From: Octopus vulgaris
Taxonomy: Eukaryota
Length of the DNA stretch: 64,000 nucleotides
Reading direction: 5' to 3'
Assembly (NCBI GenBank): GCA_951406725.2
Contig: OX597814.1
Location: 134,354,001-134,418,000, forward strand
The notes beneath the pieces are model-generated. The model made no database searches. It was not told where the DNA came from and was given only the letters and a program-made list of their open reading frames with translations. Shown here in pieces: positions 13,971 through 27,329 of this stretch. The translations under genes and the position numbers were made by a program. Every line of letters starts with the position of its first letter. The stretch's first letter is position 1.

Positions 13971-14794
13971 CAAACTTTTTTTTTATGTATCATATAGAAT
14001 TAATTTTTGACACTGAATTCGAATTTGTTTTTCATTTATTCCAGAAAAATTTTGCAAAAATGTTACAGGTGTTCAAAGTTTGATCAATTTCGGAATTTTC
14101 AGCCAATCAGAAAACAGCACGTTTGCTGCTTCTTTCATCATCGGGGGCGGGAGGGTATCGGCATGTCAAAACATTAAACTAGCTTCGCGAGCAAATTAAA
14201 TTTTAAATTAAAAGCTACGAACAAACAAACAGGAGTTTCTAGAAATAACAGTCAAAACATTTAAATATACACGAGCAAAGTTAATATTAAAACATTCACA
14301 ATATTTAAAATATTACATCAACAAGCAAAACATTGTTTAAAACAGGAATTTATTAGTTAGAAAAATTCAAGAACGAAAATTTGCAATGCACTCTAGGATT
14401 TTATAAAATAAATTATCTTTCTCGTATCTCCTTCTCCACATAAATTCACAAATATAAAAGTCAACTATGCTCAAGTACTTTCAATTTGTTGAATGTGAGC
14501 CCCATCTGTTATGAAAAACAATTACAGAACAAGTGGTGGTTACACTATTTGTGCGTATGCGCAGCATCTATGGTTACTATGGAAGCAGAGTTCTTTGCAA
14601 TCAGCTATGGAACGCGTGGTGCTTCTTTACTTTGGTTACTAAAGAAACAGACTTCTTCACCACGATGACGTCTAAAATACTCGCTTCTGATTGGCTAAAA
14701 TACCCAAATTTTGCAAATATTAAAGGCTGATAACTTTTTAACTATGGATTTATAGGGAAAATGAATTTCATTTTCATAATTAGTATACAAAATT

Positions 14795-15203
14795 GATTCT
14801 TTTAGGTTTGAACCGCAGTTTTTAACATAATTTCTAGGTAACTAAAAAATGTTAAACTTCGTATACTGGTAGAATGTGTTTATAAAACATCTTTTTCTCT
14901 AGGCTTTATTGAGAAAATTCTATAGTTTGTAAGATATTGGGTCTTTAATTTCTTCAATTTCGGCAATTTCAACCAATCAAATACGTCTATTGAGGTAAAA
15001 ACATTCTGTGCCGTATGAATATGTCCCTCGTTTAAGAAACAGATTGGGTTTATTTACATTTGTGAAGAAAAAAAGATACCCTTTCTCCACCCCTAACCCT
15101 AAAAGAGATTGAAGTGCAATAGATTAATTCTTGGGTCATAATTATGGGTGACAATTTCATATGACACCGCTAGAAAAAACTGCCGTTCAAACCGAAAAGA
15201 TCC
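14795..15203 (+). mobile_element. Same MITE family, copy 2
   Basis: Degenerate left TIR, intact right TIR, perfect 9-bp TSD TACAAAATT. Confidence 0.88.
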
Positions 15204-16605
15204 TACAAAATTTAATCCGTATACCAAATTTGAAAACAATTGGGACAAAACTGTTAACAGTGATGAAAACCACAAAGATTCTTTTTTTTTTTTTTCCAGG
15301 ATAAATATTGGGAGTAAGGAATTCATACATTTCCCAACACTTGCTGCTGTTGAGGAGTTGCAAGAGAATATTTTAGTGTACATTGAGTACTTGAAGAAAT
15401 TACGCAATGATATGGAAATTAGGTTGAAAGATCTCCTGGAAATGAACATTCCAAGTTTGGTGGAAGACTTATTTCGGATAAATGCAGCTGATGTTGATAT
15501 AATAAAGCTTTATTGAGTAACTGAGTAATCACACTGCTCAAGCTAAATTTAATCACAGGCCCAATAATTTATGGACAAGTAGTGAAATTTCTATGAAATT
15601 CCCTTCACTTTGGCAGGAATTAAAATTATATTTTACTACATTCAAGCGTCTTTCCTACAATCTAAAGCACGCAATCGCTTAGTAATTGTGAGTAGAGATG
15701 ATTTTTGTTTGTCTCTAACAGCCATGGTCTTGATATTGAAAAGCGAGTGAAACTGCGTCAGTTACAAGGATTTTACTGAATAAATACACTAAAAGGATAA
15801 AAAGTTGGGGTTTTTTTTGGCGGGGGGAGGGTAAGAGATTATACTTTTGTTTCTCAAAAGTGTCAATAGAAGTTTTTTGTTACGCATGTTATATCACAAA
15901 ATCATATATAATTATAAATAGTTGTGTTTTTTTTTGGGTTTTTTTGAACCTACAAAATATTTTTACTTTTTGGGAAATAAAATAGAGAACAAATATGCAT
16001 TTAATAGATACTGGTATTTTTATGGAGTCTATTATGTTAATGGAGCAAAAGAGGTCACCACTAAAAATAACATTTGTTTAATGTTTATTTGTTATAAATT
16101 TTTGTTCAAAAAATTCATTACATCATTACAAACAATATTCATAGAAATAAATTTCATAATAAAACTAAATTAAAACAATTGATATTTAAAATTTCATTAT
16201 TTTGATGAATTTAACAAATTATGGTTTTTATTAAAGCTTTTTAAGTTTTTTTAAAAGTGACTTGTTTCTACTTTTAACCATTTATTACAAAATTCAAATA
16301 AATTTTTCACTACAATATCTAAAAGCCACGGAAAAATTAAAGATGTGGGAGTAAGGCATGAACTAAAAAACCACTGGTTTAGAGAGCTACTCGAATAGAG
16401 AAGGCGGTAGTAACGTTTATTTTATTTTATTTTATTTATTTATCATTATTTTTTTCTCTAGGGTGGAGTAAAGAAATACTTTCCTTGTCTTCTTTACAGT
16501 TCGGCAATGCTTCGTTGATGAGACTTCCATGTCTGTGTAGCTTAACCTGATCTGGCAGTAAAACCTGGCAACAATACAAACACTAAAAATATTTGGAAAT
16601 TATCT

Positions 16606-17096
16606 GGCGGAGGGAAAGGACGTGGACCGCACCCCCTTTCGGTTATTTCTTTGGGGGGAAGGGTCTACAGAAACCCACCTTTTTGACTGGAGAGATTCCG
16701 AATCTGCAAAAAAAATCGGTATTTCAAAATGTCGTGTGTGTGTGCCAAAAAACTAATGTTTACATACCTCTCTTAATTCCAAAAGACCCTCAACCACATG
16801 TTCACTTTCTGTCACGGATGCGCTGGTGGAGTGGAGGAGGTGTTTATTTATTTATTTTTGAAAAATTAAAATTTTGCAATTTTTTTCCCCCAGAATCATA
16901 ATCTCGGTATTTTTCTACGTATTTCGCTAAAAAAAATTCTGAAAAAAATGGTGTGGGGTGGGGGGATTAAAATTTTGAAATGCCGACATTTTTTTTTTGT
17001 AGATTCGGAATTTCCGCAGTCGAAAAAGTGGGCTTCTGTATGGAAAAAAATCATAATAACCGAAATGGGATGCGGTTCATGTCCTTTACCTCCGCC
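16606..17096. mobile_element. GG-terminated MITE with ~42-bp TIRs (Merlin-like)
   Basis: GGCGGAGGGAAAGGACGTGGACCGCACCCC...TTTCGGTTATT mirrored at the right end. Perfect 8-bp TSD AATTATCT. Confidence 0.85.
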
Positions 17097-17584
17097 AATT
17101 ATCTTTCATCTTCGATCCAAAAGTCTTATCTGATATATGCCTAGAATACCCGTCATACCAATGTCGTTCATGACCTACATTAAATGGGAGGGTGGTACCA
17201 CCGGACGTTGACCCAGCTTGTGATTTCCTGTGTACATCGCACAACACTGAATACTCGCTTTCCTCTTTACGTTTGCAGGCGACGAGTGGTTCATAACAGA
17301 CGACCATATCTGCTTATCGTTAATCATTATTATACTAGTGAGAAAATAAATTGGAATTATTTCTGTTCTTGTTTATTTTTATATATAATTTTCTGAGACA
17401 TTTAAAAATCGAGTAAAATTTTAAAAGTGAAAAAAAAATATTTGGTTTATAACTAAAAGAAAGAATATAGTTCTTCGTCGAACTGTTTTAATTTCAAAAC
17501 CAAGATTCCTCAGTATTTTCTACATGAGAAAGCAACATTCTTCTAGAATTATATTTCCAATATATTTGTTGATACGTCCCATAT

Positions 17585-17841
17585 CAGTGGTTCTCAACCG
17601 GGATTCATATGACCCTTGCGATTCCATATAAAATTTTGTTGTTAAAATTTATCTGCAATAAATTGGTTATACTTGTGCAATACACAAAATATTTTCACAA
17701 TTTTTTATATACAATTCCTAATAATATTTAATTATAAAGATATAATAAGGTTTGTTAAACATCGAATGGATAGGAAGGTCAATTCGAGTAAATTAGGAAT
17801 CAAAGAAGTCCATAGGTTAAAAAAATGGTTGAGAAACATTG
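17585..17841. mobile_element. hAT-Charlie-type MITE
   Basis: CAGTGGTTCTCAACC ... GGTTGAGAAACATTG. 8-bp TSD TCCCATAT/TCCTATAT. Confidence 0.85.
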
Positions 17842-18890
17842 TCCTATATGAACCAACAACGAAATCTCTATGGTGTCGTTCAATCAGCTAGAAATAAAAG
17901 ACAAATCTCCATCAAAGCGCACTCAAAAGATTTCGAAAACGGAAGAATATATTGGATAAGTTTATTTTTTATAACAGATTTTTAATAAAACTTAAGGATT
18001 TTTACTGAGCCCCTATAAATTAAACTATACTCTGTCACCTATGAAATGAAGTCTTTGAGGAAAAATAGTGAAAGAAGCACGAAATAAACAGAAGCAAAAA
18101 AAAGGCAGGAAGTGACGCAAAGCAACTAACTAAAATCATAATTTAGAGAATTTTAGAAGTTGGAGCAAACATGGTTACAGTTTCAGCTCTTTTTCGTTCT
18201 ACATAATATGTTTGATCTGTAAGAGATACACAATGGATTCGTAACCAAAGACCGAAACCTCAGTCTTCATGTTCATTCACATTGGCATCAGAATGTGCAC
18301 ATAATATCTATTTGTTGAACCGTTTAAATTTGCCATCATCTTAGGTGAAACAGAGGTTGATTTAGATAAGCCCATTCTACTCTATTTTTAGTGATCTAGT
18401 TCGGCTGTTACACAGGTATACATTCGTGATACATGTAAAAAAAAAAAAGAGTGAGAGAGAGAGAGACAGTCCTTCTGAAATTTTTCAGACAGTTTGCTTC
18501 TATCTACCTTAGCGACATTGCTGAGACTAAGTTTCCGAGACGGATAAACTTTTTTTCGTGCGGAACTTGAACCATTTTCCCTGCTCCTTCGACACACATA
18601 GTGACAGACTGTTTACATCGAAAATTTTAAAGGCAGAGAAGAATCATTAACAAATTATATTTTACCACGATTAAAAAAGAATCGTTAATAAATTATATTT
18701 TTTTCACAATTAAAAAGAAAAAAAGTAATAGCCACTGAGAGTAAGGGAAAACATCAATTTACACCTCATGAAATTTGTGAAATCCAGTTCAATATGACAC
18801 TCTCGTCGACAATAATTCAGGAAAATCATATCAAAATAACATCAGCTACTATCAACTTAGCTATAGATAATTCTAGAAACCCAAATATAC

Positions 18891-19102
18891 TTTTCTACTC
18901 TCGGCACAAGGCCCGAAATTTTGGGGGAGGGGGCCAGTCGATTAGATCTACCCCAGTACGCAACTGGTACTTAATTTATCGACCCCGAAAGGATGAAAGG
19001 CAAAGTCGACCTCGGCGGAATTTGAACTCAGAACATAAAGACAGACGAAATACCGCTAAACATTTCGCCCGGCGTGCTAACATTTCTGCCAGCTCGCCGC
19101 TT
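18891..19102 (-). mobile_element. tRNA-derived SINE, same family as 10876
   Basis: Reverse-complement homology over the full length; CpGs well preserved. Confidence 0.85.
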
Positions 19103-19887
19103 TTAGAAACCCAAAGATAAGAACCAAAATGGCTTTAACGTTCACTTTCAACGGTAGGTAACATTGCAGCAAATGACTAAGATGACGATGAAGGCGAATA
19201 GGTGTGGGTGCAGTTCACACACATATTTTCACATCTCGTCTCTGCAACTGAGTTACTCTCATGGATCGAGTACAGGCTGGAGTTGGACATTTGGCGCTCA
19301 TTACACTGAGTCATTCGGACAATATGGTCAGCGGAAAGACACTTATTCTGTGTAAATTAGTGGGTTGTTTACGGGAAATTGACTAGGAAATTATTCAAAA
19401 CGTTAACGAGGACAATCTAAATAATCTTTTCTAAGAGACTTTAAGGCATGGATTATGAGCAATTTCCTAAAGTCCTCGGCCTGGACAGTGCTATGGGTTG
19501 GTTAAAACATTATTTGTTTGAGATAAGTTCTGTAGTCATTGGTCCGGCTTCCTGCAATAAGAATCCACTCGCCGTTATAGCAAGATATTTTCTACATAAT
19601 AGCTGTGATGAAGGAAGTTATATGATGTATGTTGTTTGAGGACAGAGATTCTCCTCTCAAGCCAAACTAAAATAATAATAATAATAAATGAAAATGCGAA
19701 ACTTCTTTAAATGATAATGTAACTGATGTTTCTTACACACGTATAAAGTTCGATAGGTTTTTGTTTTGTTTTTTCTTAGTTTTCTTTTGTCTCTTTATTT
19801 TGTTTTGTTTTTGTTTTTTGTTTTTTTTTTACGTTGAAGACTAAATAAAAGTGACAGCAGTAGCGAAATTTGAAGGACTATATTACA

Positions 19888-19891
<4 letters not shown>

Positions 19892-19945
<54 letters not shown>

Positions 19946-19962
19946 ATCTATCTATCTATCTA
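19892..19962. repeat. (CT)n/(CTAT)n microsatellite
   Basis: Direct reading. Confidence 0.95.
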
Positions 19963-20139
19963 CTCTTGCACTCAAGCTTCCTTCAAGAGCTGGGGTGGTG
20001 AATGCAAACGTATTCACGCCTCACGAAAACTGGAGGGAACTTTTATCCGCCATCTAAAAATGAAATGAAACAGACACTAGCCTAACACTGGACCTTCACT
20101 AAATAGCAATTACCCCACAAATTCATCCATAACACTCCC

Positions 20140-20720
<581 letters not shown>

Positions 20721-21177
20721 ACAAATAACAACCCCTACCCCGTCATTCCCTGACTTAACCCTGCCCTCATAAACATCCCTCTTTATTTACCTTCACGACC
20801 ACCGAATCTTTAACCGCCTATATATTCCCTATAACTCCTCACTTCTTATTTTATATCTATTTTTCTTTCCTTACTCTTTCTACCCTAAAAATTTTCTTAA
20901 TTCGCGTTCCCCCACACCTATCCCCACCCCTTTGTAAACTTACAAGTACACACGCTTACATACACCTCTACTAGCTCTTATAGTACACACGCGCACGCTC
21001 AACAATATACATTCCTTAGTTCTTAGATTTTAATAATTACTACCATTCTTCCTCCTCTCTATACTTTCAGTTTTGCTACTATACCATCTCTTTAAGAATA
21101 CATTTTTCTTCCTATCGATCGCAAATACTCCCTCCTTCCTCCACACTATCCTATTCAAGTACCACTCTTTATTTCTT

Positions 21178-21182
<5 letters not shown>

Positions 21183-21244
<62 letters not shown>

Positions 21245-21255
21245 TGCTCTCTCTC
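21183..21255. repeat. (CT)n microsatellite
   Basis: Direct reading. Confidence 0.95.
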
Positions 21256-21575
21256 AAACTCGTTCAAAATGGCCCTGTTGAAAACCATCTGTGTAATGAC
21301 CTTGCTTAAATTCTTTACTTGCAACTCATCCACTCCCTTGTATATTTTTTTGTCCTTTTAACTTTTGTTATATTCCCAATTTCTCTTGACAAATATACTC
21401 TCCACTCAAAGTGTGCTCTCTACACATTCTGATCGAATCCTCCGTGTGTTAACATGAGCCTCCTAATGGCAAAGTAAACTTCTCTTAATCAAGATACCCT
21501 TGGGATGAAGATTGGACTGCGGTATACACCTCGCTTGGATATTTACCACTTCCAAGATTCCACTCGCTATGAAAC

Positions 21576-21606
<31 letters not shown>

Positions 21607-21855
21607 TGAATATATATATGAGACAACGAAAAAGAATTTGTTTCTTATATATTTTGCTTTATTTATTTTGCTATATTGTTCTCCTATGACGAACACAACA
21701 GTGATTAGCATATTCACGTTCGAATTTACCAAAACGTATCAAGAATAAATATGCAGGTCTCGTTTTGATTCTCGTTGTTCACATTCATGTGGCGATTTAT
21801 TATCACTTGGCTGATATCAACAGGTATCAACAAATAACTTTTTTGCTGAAGTTAT

Positions 21856-22099
21856 TGTAGTGTGAATGATGAAGAGGACAACAGAAAAGGAGAAAGGAAA
21901 TATGATTAGATCTTACCTCGGCGAAGATTAGTCTACCAAACTCAGCGTCCAGTCGCTTCCGCGTCCCAGCTCGAACTTCCCCGCTTCGTTGATGCCACAC
22001 GTGCGTCGTCCCTCACCGCTTCCGCTTCCTGCCGCGCATGCGCCCTGCAAGCCCTACTTCCGCCCTCCCCTATCTGTCGTCCTCTCCACCGACACCACA
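21856..22099 (-). repeat. 3' LTR (244 bp)
   Basis: Last ~92 bp match 25246-25337 with about 3 differences. PPT GAGGGGGGCG abuts it on the minus strand. Confidence 0.9.
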
Positions 22100-22158
22100 C
22101 GCCCCCCTCATCTACTGAACCGGCTTTCTCACTCGCTCTCCGCTCCCGAACTCGCACC

Positions 22159-25100
22159 TTAACTGGTTTCATAATCAGCCAACCAGGGAGGAGGGTGCCG
22201 TTCCCTCTGTGGTCTCAGTGCGACCCTAGGACTGGTTCCTGGTATGTTGCTGCTGGCCTCATCATCCTGTCTACTGGTGTTGTTTTCATCTTGCCCACTG
22301 CTGCTGGTCCCATCCTCTGAGGCATGGACAATCCTCCGTATATCCAAAACATGGCGTGGCATACCATCGACCGAGATGTTATTCTTTGAATTTACAGAAG
22401 TTATTGTCCCCTTTCCCCATTGTGATGTACACCGTGCATTTGGGGGTTTTATCCAAACTTCTTCCCCGACCTGCATGAAGGCGTGCTCTTCCTCTGTCCC
22501 GGGTCGCATTGATGCAGTACATGGATGCCTCCACTCGTACCTGAATATTTCCCTGTGTGGCACCGACTCCTCAGCCTGTCCTGATCTGGGCGACATATTG
22601 TACCAAAATACAGTCTCGATTGGTGAAATGTGACCCCTCTCTGCCATGGCCTTGATGGTACGATGATGCCTTTCCACCACCCCATTTCCACTTGGCCGGT
22701 ATGCCGCCCTGAAGAAGCGGTTGACCTTCCACCCATCAAGCATTTCTTTCAGCACATCCGACCGAAATGCAGTGCCATTATCCAGAAGCAGTTCATCCAC
22801 GGGGCCTCGTTCCAGGAATATCTCATTCAACACTTTCACAATTTCTTCTGCGGTCCCCGTCTTCATCTCCTTCCATATGGCCTCCATATGGTCCGCAGTC
22901 AACCATTGAGAGGTATGTCCCCTGCCGGTAGTGTGTTATGTCCACCGCCAGTCGTTTCCAGTCATGGTCCACTGGAATACTTCCCGCTTCATGTACGCCC
23001 GGGGCAGGGTCGATGGACTGGCACCTGTCACAACTGCTAACCACTCTCTGCACGCTCTGTCTTGTTACATCGGAGTCGACTTTTCTGGCTAGGAACAATG
23101 TCCTGTCCACACCCATGTGATGCATGGTATGCAGTCTCCGCAACTCCGAGTTGCTCAGGCGGCATACTGCAGCTACAGCCTGCTTCGCATCCTCTGGCAC
23201 CTGCAACCAGGCTCGCTTTACCCTGGTCAGGACGTCTGCCCTGTTCTTCTCGGAAGACACAAAGATCACGCTCAGCTTCAGATTGAACTCAGTGGTTAGT
23301 TCACGCAGTATTCCCAATCGACGCTTTACCAGCATCTCTGCAGCCCCTTTGGTCCGCACCCTCCGCTCATTGGTGATGACTGCTGTCGCCCAACCAAGTA
23401 CAGTGGCCGAATCAGTCCTGATTTCTATGGTGTGCAACCCCCACTTCAAGGCTAGGTTCATCCCCTTCAACACGGCATCCAACTCCGCTACATTGATATG
23501 ATTGCAGTCATCCGTCTTCCTGAGCCACGCTGCATCTTCCACCATGACGCCTCCCACTTCTAAGACAACCCCTGTTGCGATGCTACTGGCGTCACACCAT
23601 ACAATCCCGCTCTTTGATTTGGGAACATACCAGCTGCCCCTCACTGGGTCCTCTGCTCCTACTCTGACCAAGACTTCCTGCATCATGCCGATCGTCTTCT
23701 CCCCCACTCTATCATTCCACTTCACTCCTTCGGCTTGTCTCTTGATGAAGCTACATGCTGTCCGAAGCCAACCTGCAATCGGGTAGTGTCCCACCAGCTT
23801 CCCACACACAGAGAACAGTTCCCGTCTACTCATGCTGGCGCACAGTTCAGGGACCTCATTCCCTCGCCGGAACACCAACGCGCCGGCCTTGTCTCTCCAT
23901 AGCTTGAGGCCCAGTACAGCACCTCCCTCCATTGCCTCTGGCTTGGCGATCAGTCCAAAACTCTTCAGGTGGCCTATGACCTCCGTTGCTGGTATTACGG
24001 TTTCATCCACCAGAATGTCATCGATGTACGAATTGGTGGCCCTTTTTACTCTGTCCACCTTTCCCAGGATGGCCTTGAGAATTGTTGCCATAATCTTTGG
24101 CGCTGAATTCAGCCCGAACCCCAACCTGGTCAGACAGTACGTCCGGCCCTTATACCTGACGAGCTGGTACTTCCACAATTTCTCATCCACATGCACCTGT
24201 AGGTATGCCGACTTCAAATCAACAATCGTGGAGGCCCCTGTCATCTGCCTCCACTCTCGTAAGGTGTCTCCGCAGACATCCGTGGCCTCGCCGCCTGTAT
24301 GACATGATACGTGGTCATTCAGCTCTCTGAAGTCAAGCACTGGCCTGACCTTATGCTTTGTGGACTGTATCACCGCCATCAGTGGCAGGACTCCGCTCTC
24401 TTCTTTTCCCCAAAGGATCAATATGCCCTCCTTAATTCACCGCTCCACCTCCCCCTCGAACTCACTTTTGGCATCTCCTTTTAGAGTATGCTGATAGTAG
24501 CCCACTTTATTCTTTAACATCTGGGGCTCTCCCTTCCAGTGCCACTCCACTGTCCACCTCTTGTCATCAAAGACAGCTCGAAAGTCCTGGTCTTCAATGG
24601 TGTGCGCAGCATACTTTTCCTCACGGTTGTCGCCGGTGCATGGTCTCGCCCTACACGGTTTCCCCGCTAACCCAAATGTTACACCAGCCTCGTTAACGGT
24701 GACACCTCCCAAGCGGGTGATTGCATCCATCCCCATCACCACGTCGATCTCGTCCACCAAGTGTACTTCGCAGTGTACTTCTCTTCCGTCGACAGCTCTA
24801 ACACTGCTTCCTCCACTCCACGTCTCTGCCACTTCTGTAGTCATCAGGGTTGTTGTACAGCCCGTGTCCACAAGGGCTCGCGACATTTTCCCCTCCACCA
24901 GAATGTAGCGACGATAAGCGCGCCTCTGCTGATCCGAAGGGACAACTACCGGCGCAGTAGTCTCCCGCAGTCCGTTTCCCCGCAGACACTCGCTGGCTAT
25001 ATGCCCCGGTTCTCGACACCGGTAGCAAATCACCTCAGGCTTGGGTGACACGCAGTCACACACCATGTGTGGACCTTGGCACCGGAAAACACTGTCCTTT

Positions 25101-25247
25101 GAACGGTCGCACATGTTCTTTCTTTAGCCCCTCTCCGCTGCTCCTAGCTGGGCCACTTTTCGATGTTGCAGTCGCTGCTACCGACGTCATCCTGCTGCAC
25201 GAAACTAGTACGCGTGCCCGAGATATGATGTCCGCCATTGGCATCAT
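22159..25247 (-). pseudogene. gag (CCHC)-protease-RT-RNaseH-integrase, frameshifted
   Basis: ICYRCREPGHIASEC, ALVDTGC, VDLKSAY, LGFGLNSAP, YIDDILV, WCDASS, HINVAELDA, TDSATV, HTMHHMG...CDRCQ, LAVDITH, LLDNGTAF, GNGVVERHH. Confidence 0.9.
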
Positions 25248-25759
25248 CCCTCACCGCTTCCGCTTCCTGCTGCGCATGCGCCCTGCAAGCCCTACTTCCG
25301 CCTTCCCCTATCTGTCGTACTCTCCACCGACACCACAGTTATAAACAAGAGCCCTGAACTGTTGTTAAATTCATCGATGTAGCTTACCTTTACTCGACGA
25401 CACCCAATGATATCGAAACACTGGATTTCCCTTGAGTCTCCTTACACTAACAAATCGAGTGTGTTACGAACGCATTCGTCTTAAAGGAAAAGCAGTTCTA
25501 TGACAAAATACAACAGCTGTTAGCATAGTCACGTTCGAATCTATCGGAATACATTAAGAATAGATATGCAAGCCAGCGTTGTATGAAATATTTACCATAA
25601 TTTAAATTATATTGTAGTATCATATTTCATTGAACTTTTTTCTATTTGATATCATGTATAAACTAGGACAAAACAGTAAATTCACGTATGCATTTATTTT
25701 TAAAACAAGTATTTGCAATTGTAAAAGGTAACAAAGGTGAAAAAAAATGTCGCTTGCTC

Positions 25760-25775
25760 TTTGTCTGTCTGTTTG

Positions 25776-25818
<43 letters not shown>

Positions 25819-25840
25819 GTCTGTCTGTCTGTCTGTCTGT

Positions 25841-25914
<74 letters not shown>

Positions 25915-25935
25915 ATCTGTCTGTCTGGCTATCTC
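25760..25935. repeat. Compound tetranucleotide microsatellite (TGTC)/(TATC)/(TGGC)
   Basis: Direct reading. Confidence 0.95.
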
Positions 25936-26169
25936 TATCTTTCAATGCTTATTGACATTTGCATTCACGTTATGCAATGATGCAAATTTTGTTTCAAAGA
26001 TATGTAAACAAGCTCTGTTTTCATGTGTCAGTTTTTGTTTGACATATTTAGATAGATGCTCGTGGTAAATATTACAATATCTTTGTTAGTGCTGATATAT
26101 TTAATGCAGGGAGTATAAAAAGGTTAACTAAAAACGATTACAAAGTGAGGGAAAAGCAATATAACATAG

Positions 26170-26635
26170 TGTAGGGATTCGAACCCCAACCGCAAGATTT
26201 TCGGTTAGGGATCACGAGTGAGCCACCAGAGTTTCACGTGATTGGTCTATAAATCGACCAATCAGCGTGAAGCTGTCGCGTGATATGGTTTCTTGGATGA
26301 CTTAAAATTCACCCCTTTTTCACCCTATAAAAACCATTTGGTGTCTAACTTAGCCAGACGACCTCGAGCATTCGAGTAGACTGAGTTGGACACTCAGACT
26401 GCTAAGACTAGTCTGCCTCGGACACTCGGAGAGACGACCTTGAGCAAGAAACGACTTTGGACACTCACACACGATCTACCACAACTAGCCTTCTACAAAC
26501 ACAGTACGGTTCTCTCCTCCCGGTCGGCGGTTATTTTGTCAGCGTCTTTCTTTGATAAACTTCCAAAGCAATAAATCATGTCCGGCAATAAATATGTTAA
26601 AGGTTAAAAGTTTGAGAGTTTACTCCGATATTACA
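26170..26635 (+). mobile_element. Probable solo LTR
   Basis: TGTA...TACA ends, inverted CCAAT pair (GATTGGTC...GACCAATC), TATAAAA ~26327, two AATAAA near the 3' end. No convincing TSD. Confidence 0.5.
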
Positions 26636-26881
26636 CACGCTGCCAATTTGAGAAATCCAACAAGTCACAGGAGTATCTAAAAATAAAATCTCCTAACGCG
26701 AAATCCTCTCATTAATTTTCATATTATAAAATAAAATGTGTACAGAAGGATATTTTCGGCACTTCTACTTTTTTGCACGGAAATAACAATTTTTAATTAT
26801 ACACTAAAGAATGGATTTCGAAAGAAATACGTTAGGAAATAAATAAGAATCGTAACAGGGTACGTTCTTATAAAAAATATT

Positions 26882-27298
26882 GGATCTTTTCGGTTTGAAC
26901 GGCAGTTTTTAACATAATTTCTAGGTAACTAAAAAATTTTAAACTTCGTATACTGGTAGAATGTGTTTATAAAACATTTTTTTTTCTTGGCTTTATTGAG
27001 AAAATTCTATAGTTTGTAAGATATTTGGTCTTTAATTTCTTGCATTTCGGCAATTTCAACCAATCAATGACCGTCTATTGAGGTGAAAACATTCTGTGCC
27101 GTATGAATATGTCCCACGTTTAAGAAACAGATTGGGTTTATTTACATTTGTGAAGAAAAAAAAGATACCCTTCTCCCACCCCTAACCCTAACCCTAAAAC
27201 AGATTGAAGTGCAATAGATCGATACTAGGGTCATAATTATGGGTGACAATTTCATATGACACCGCTAGAAAAAACTGCCGTTCAAACCGAAAAGATCC
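26882..27298 (+). mobile_element. Same MITE family as 13564, copy 3
   Basis: Intact TIRs, 9-bp TSD AAAAATATT/AAAAATGTT, (CCCTAA)3 inside. Confidence 0.88.
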
Positions 27299-27329
27299 AA
27301 AAATGTTCACTACAATGTAAGGAGTAGAG

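Larger units (their letters stand above)
13519..15281. mobile_element. Older GGATC-type MITE hosting two younger MITEs
   Basis: GATCTTCGTGGTTTTCGTCACTGTT ... AACAGTGATGAAAACCACAAAGATTC inverted ends. Internal inverted AGCCAATCAGAA/TTCTGATTGGCT. Poly-T on both flanks. Confidence 0.65.
13280..15780 (+). pseudogene. hAT (Charlie/Buster-like) transposase relic interrupted by nested MITEs
   Basis: LSQGNSLHRFIEL and LAYIFEKLNLLNKQL before the MITEs; FIHFPTL...YLKKLRNDMEIRLKDL, KFPSLW, ARNRL after them. Possible 3' end ...AAAAAACCACTG near 16376. Confidence 0.65.
21856..25337 (-). mobile_element. Gypsy-like LTR retrotransposon with an internal 5' deletion
   Basis: TG...CA ends and 5-bp TSD GTTAT (21851-21855, 25338-25342). 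Full 3' LTR 21856-22099 with adjacent polypurine tract; partial 5' LTR ~25246-25337. Confidence 0.93.

Noticed and set aside
21425-21490. Possible hammerhead downstream of the GIY-YIG relic (CTGATCGAA)
   Set aside because: No CUGANGA match, and no stem II followed by GAAA.
22244-24908. Several plus-strand ORFs of 60-156 aa
   Set aside because: Antisense shadows of the GC-rich Gypsy pol.
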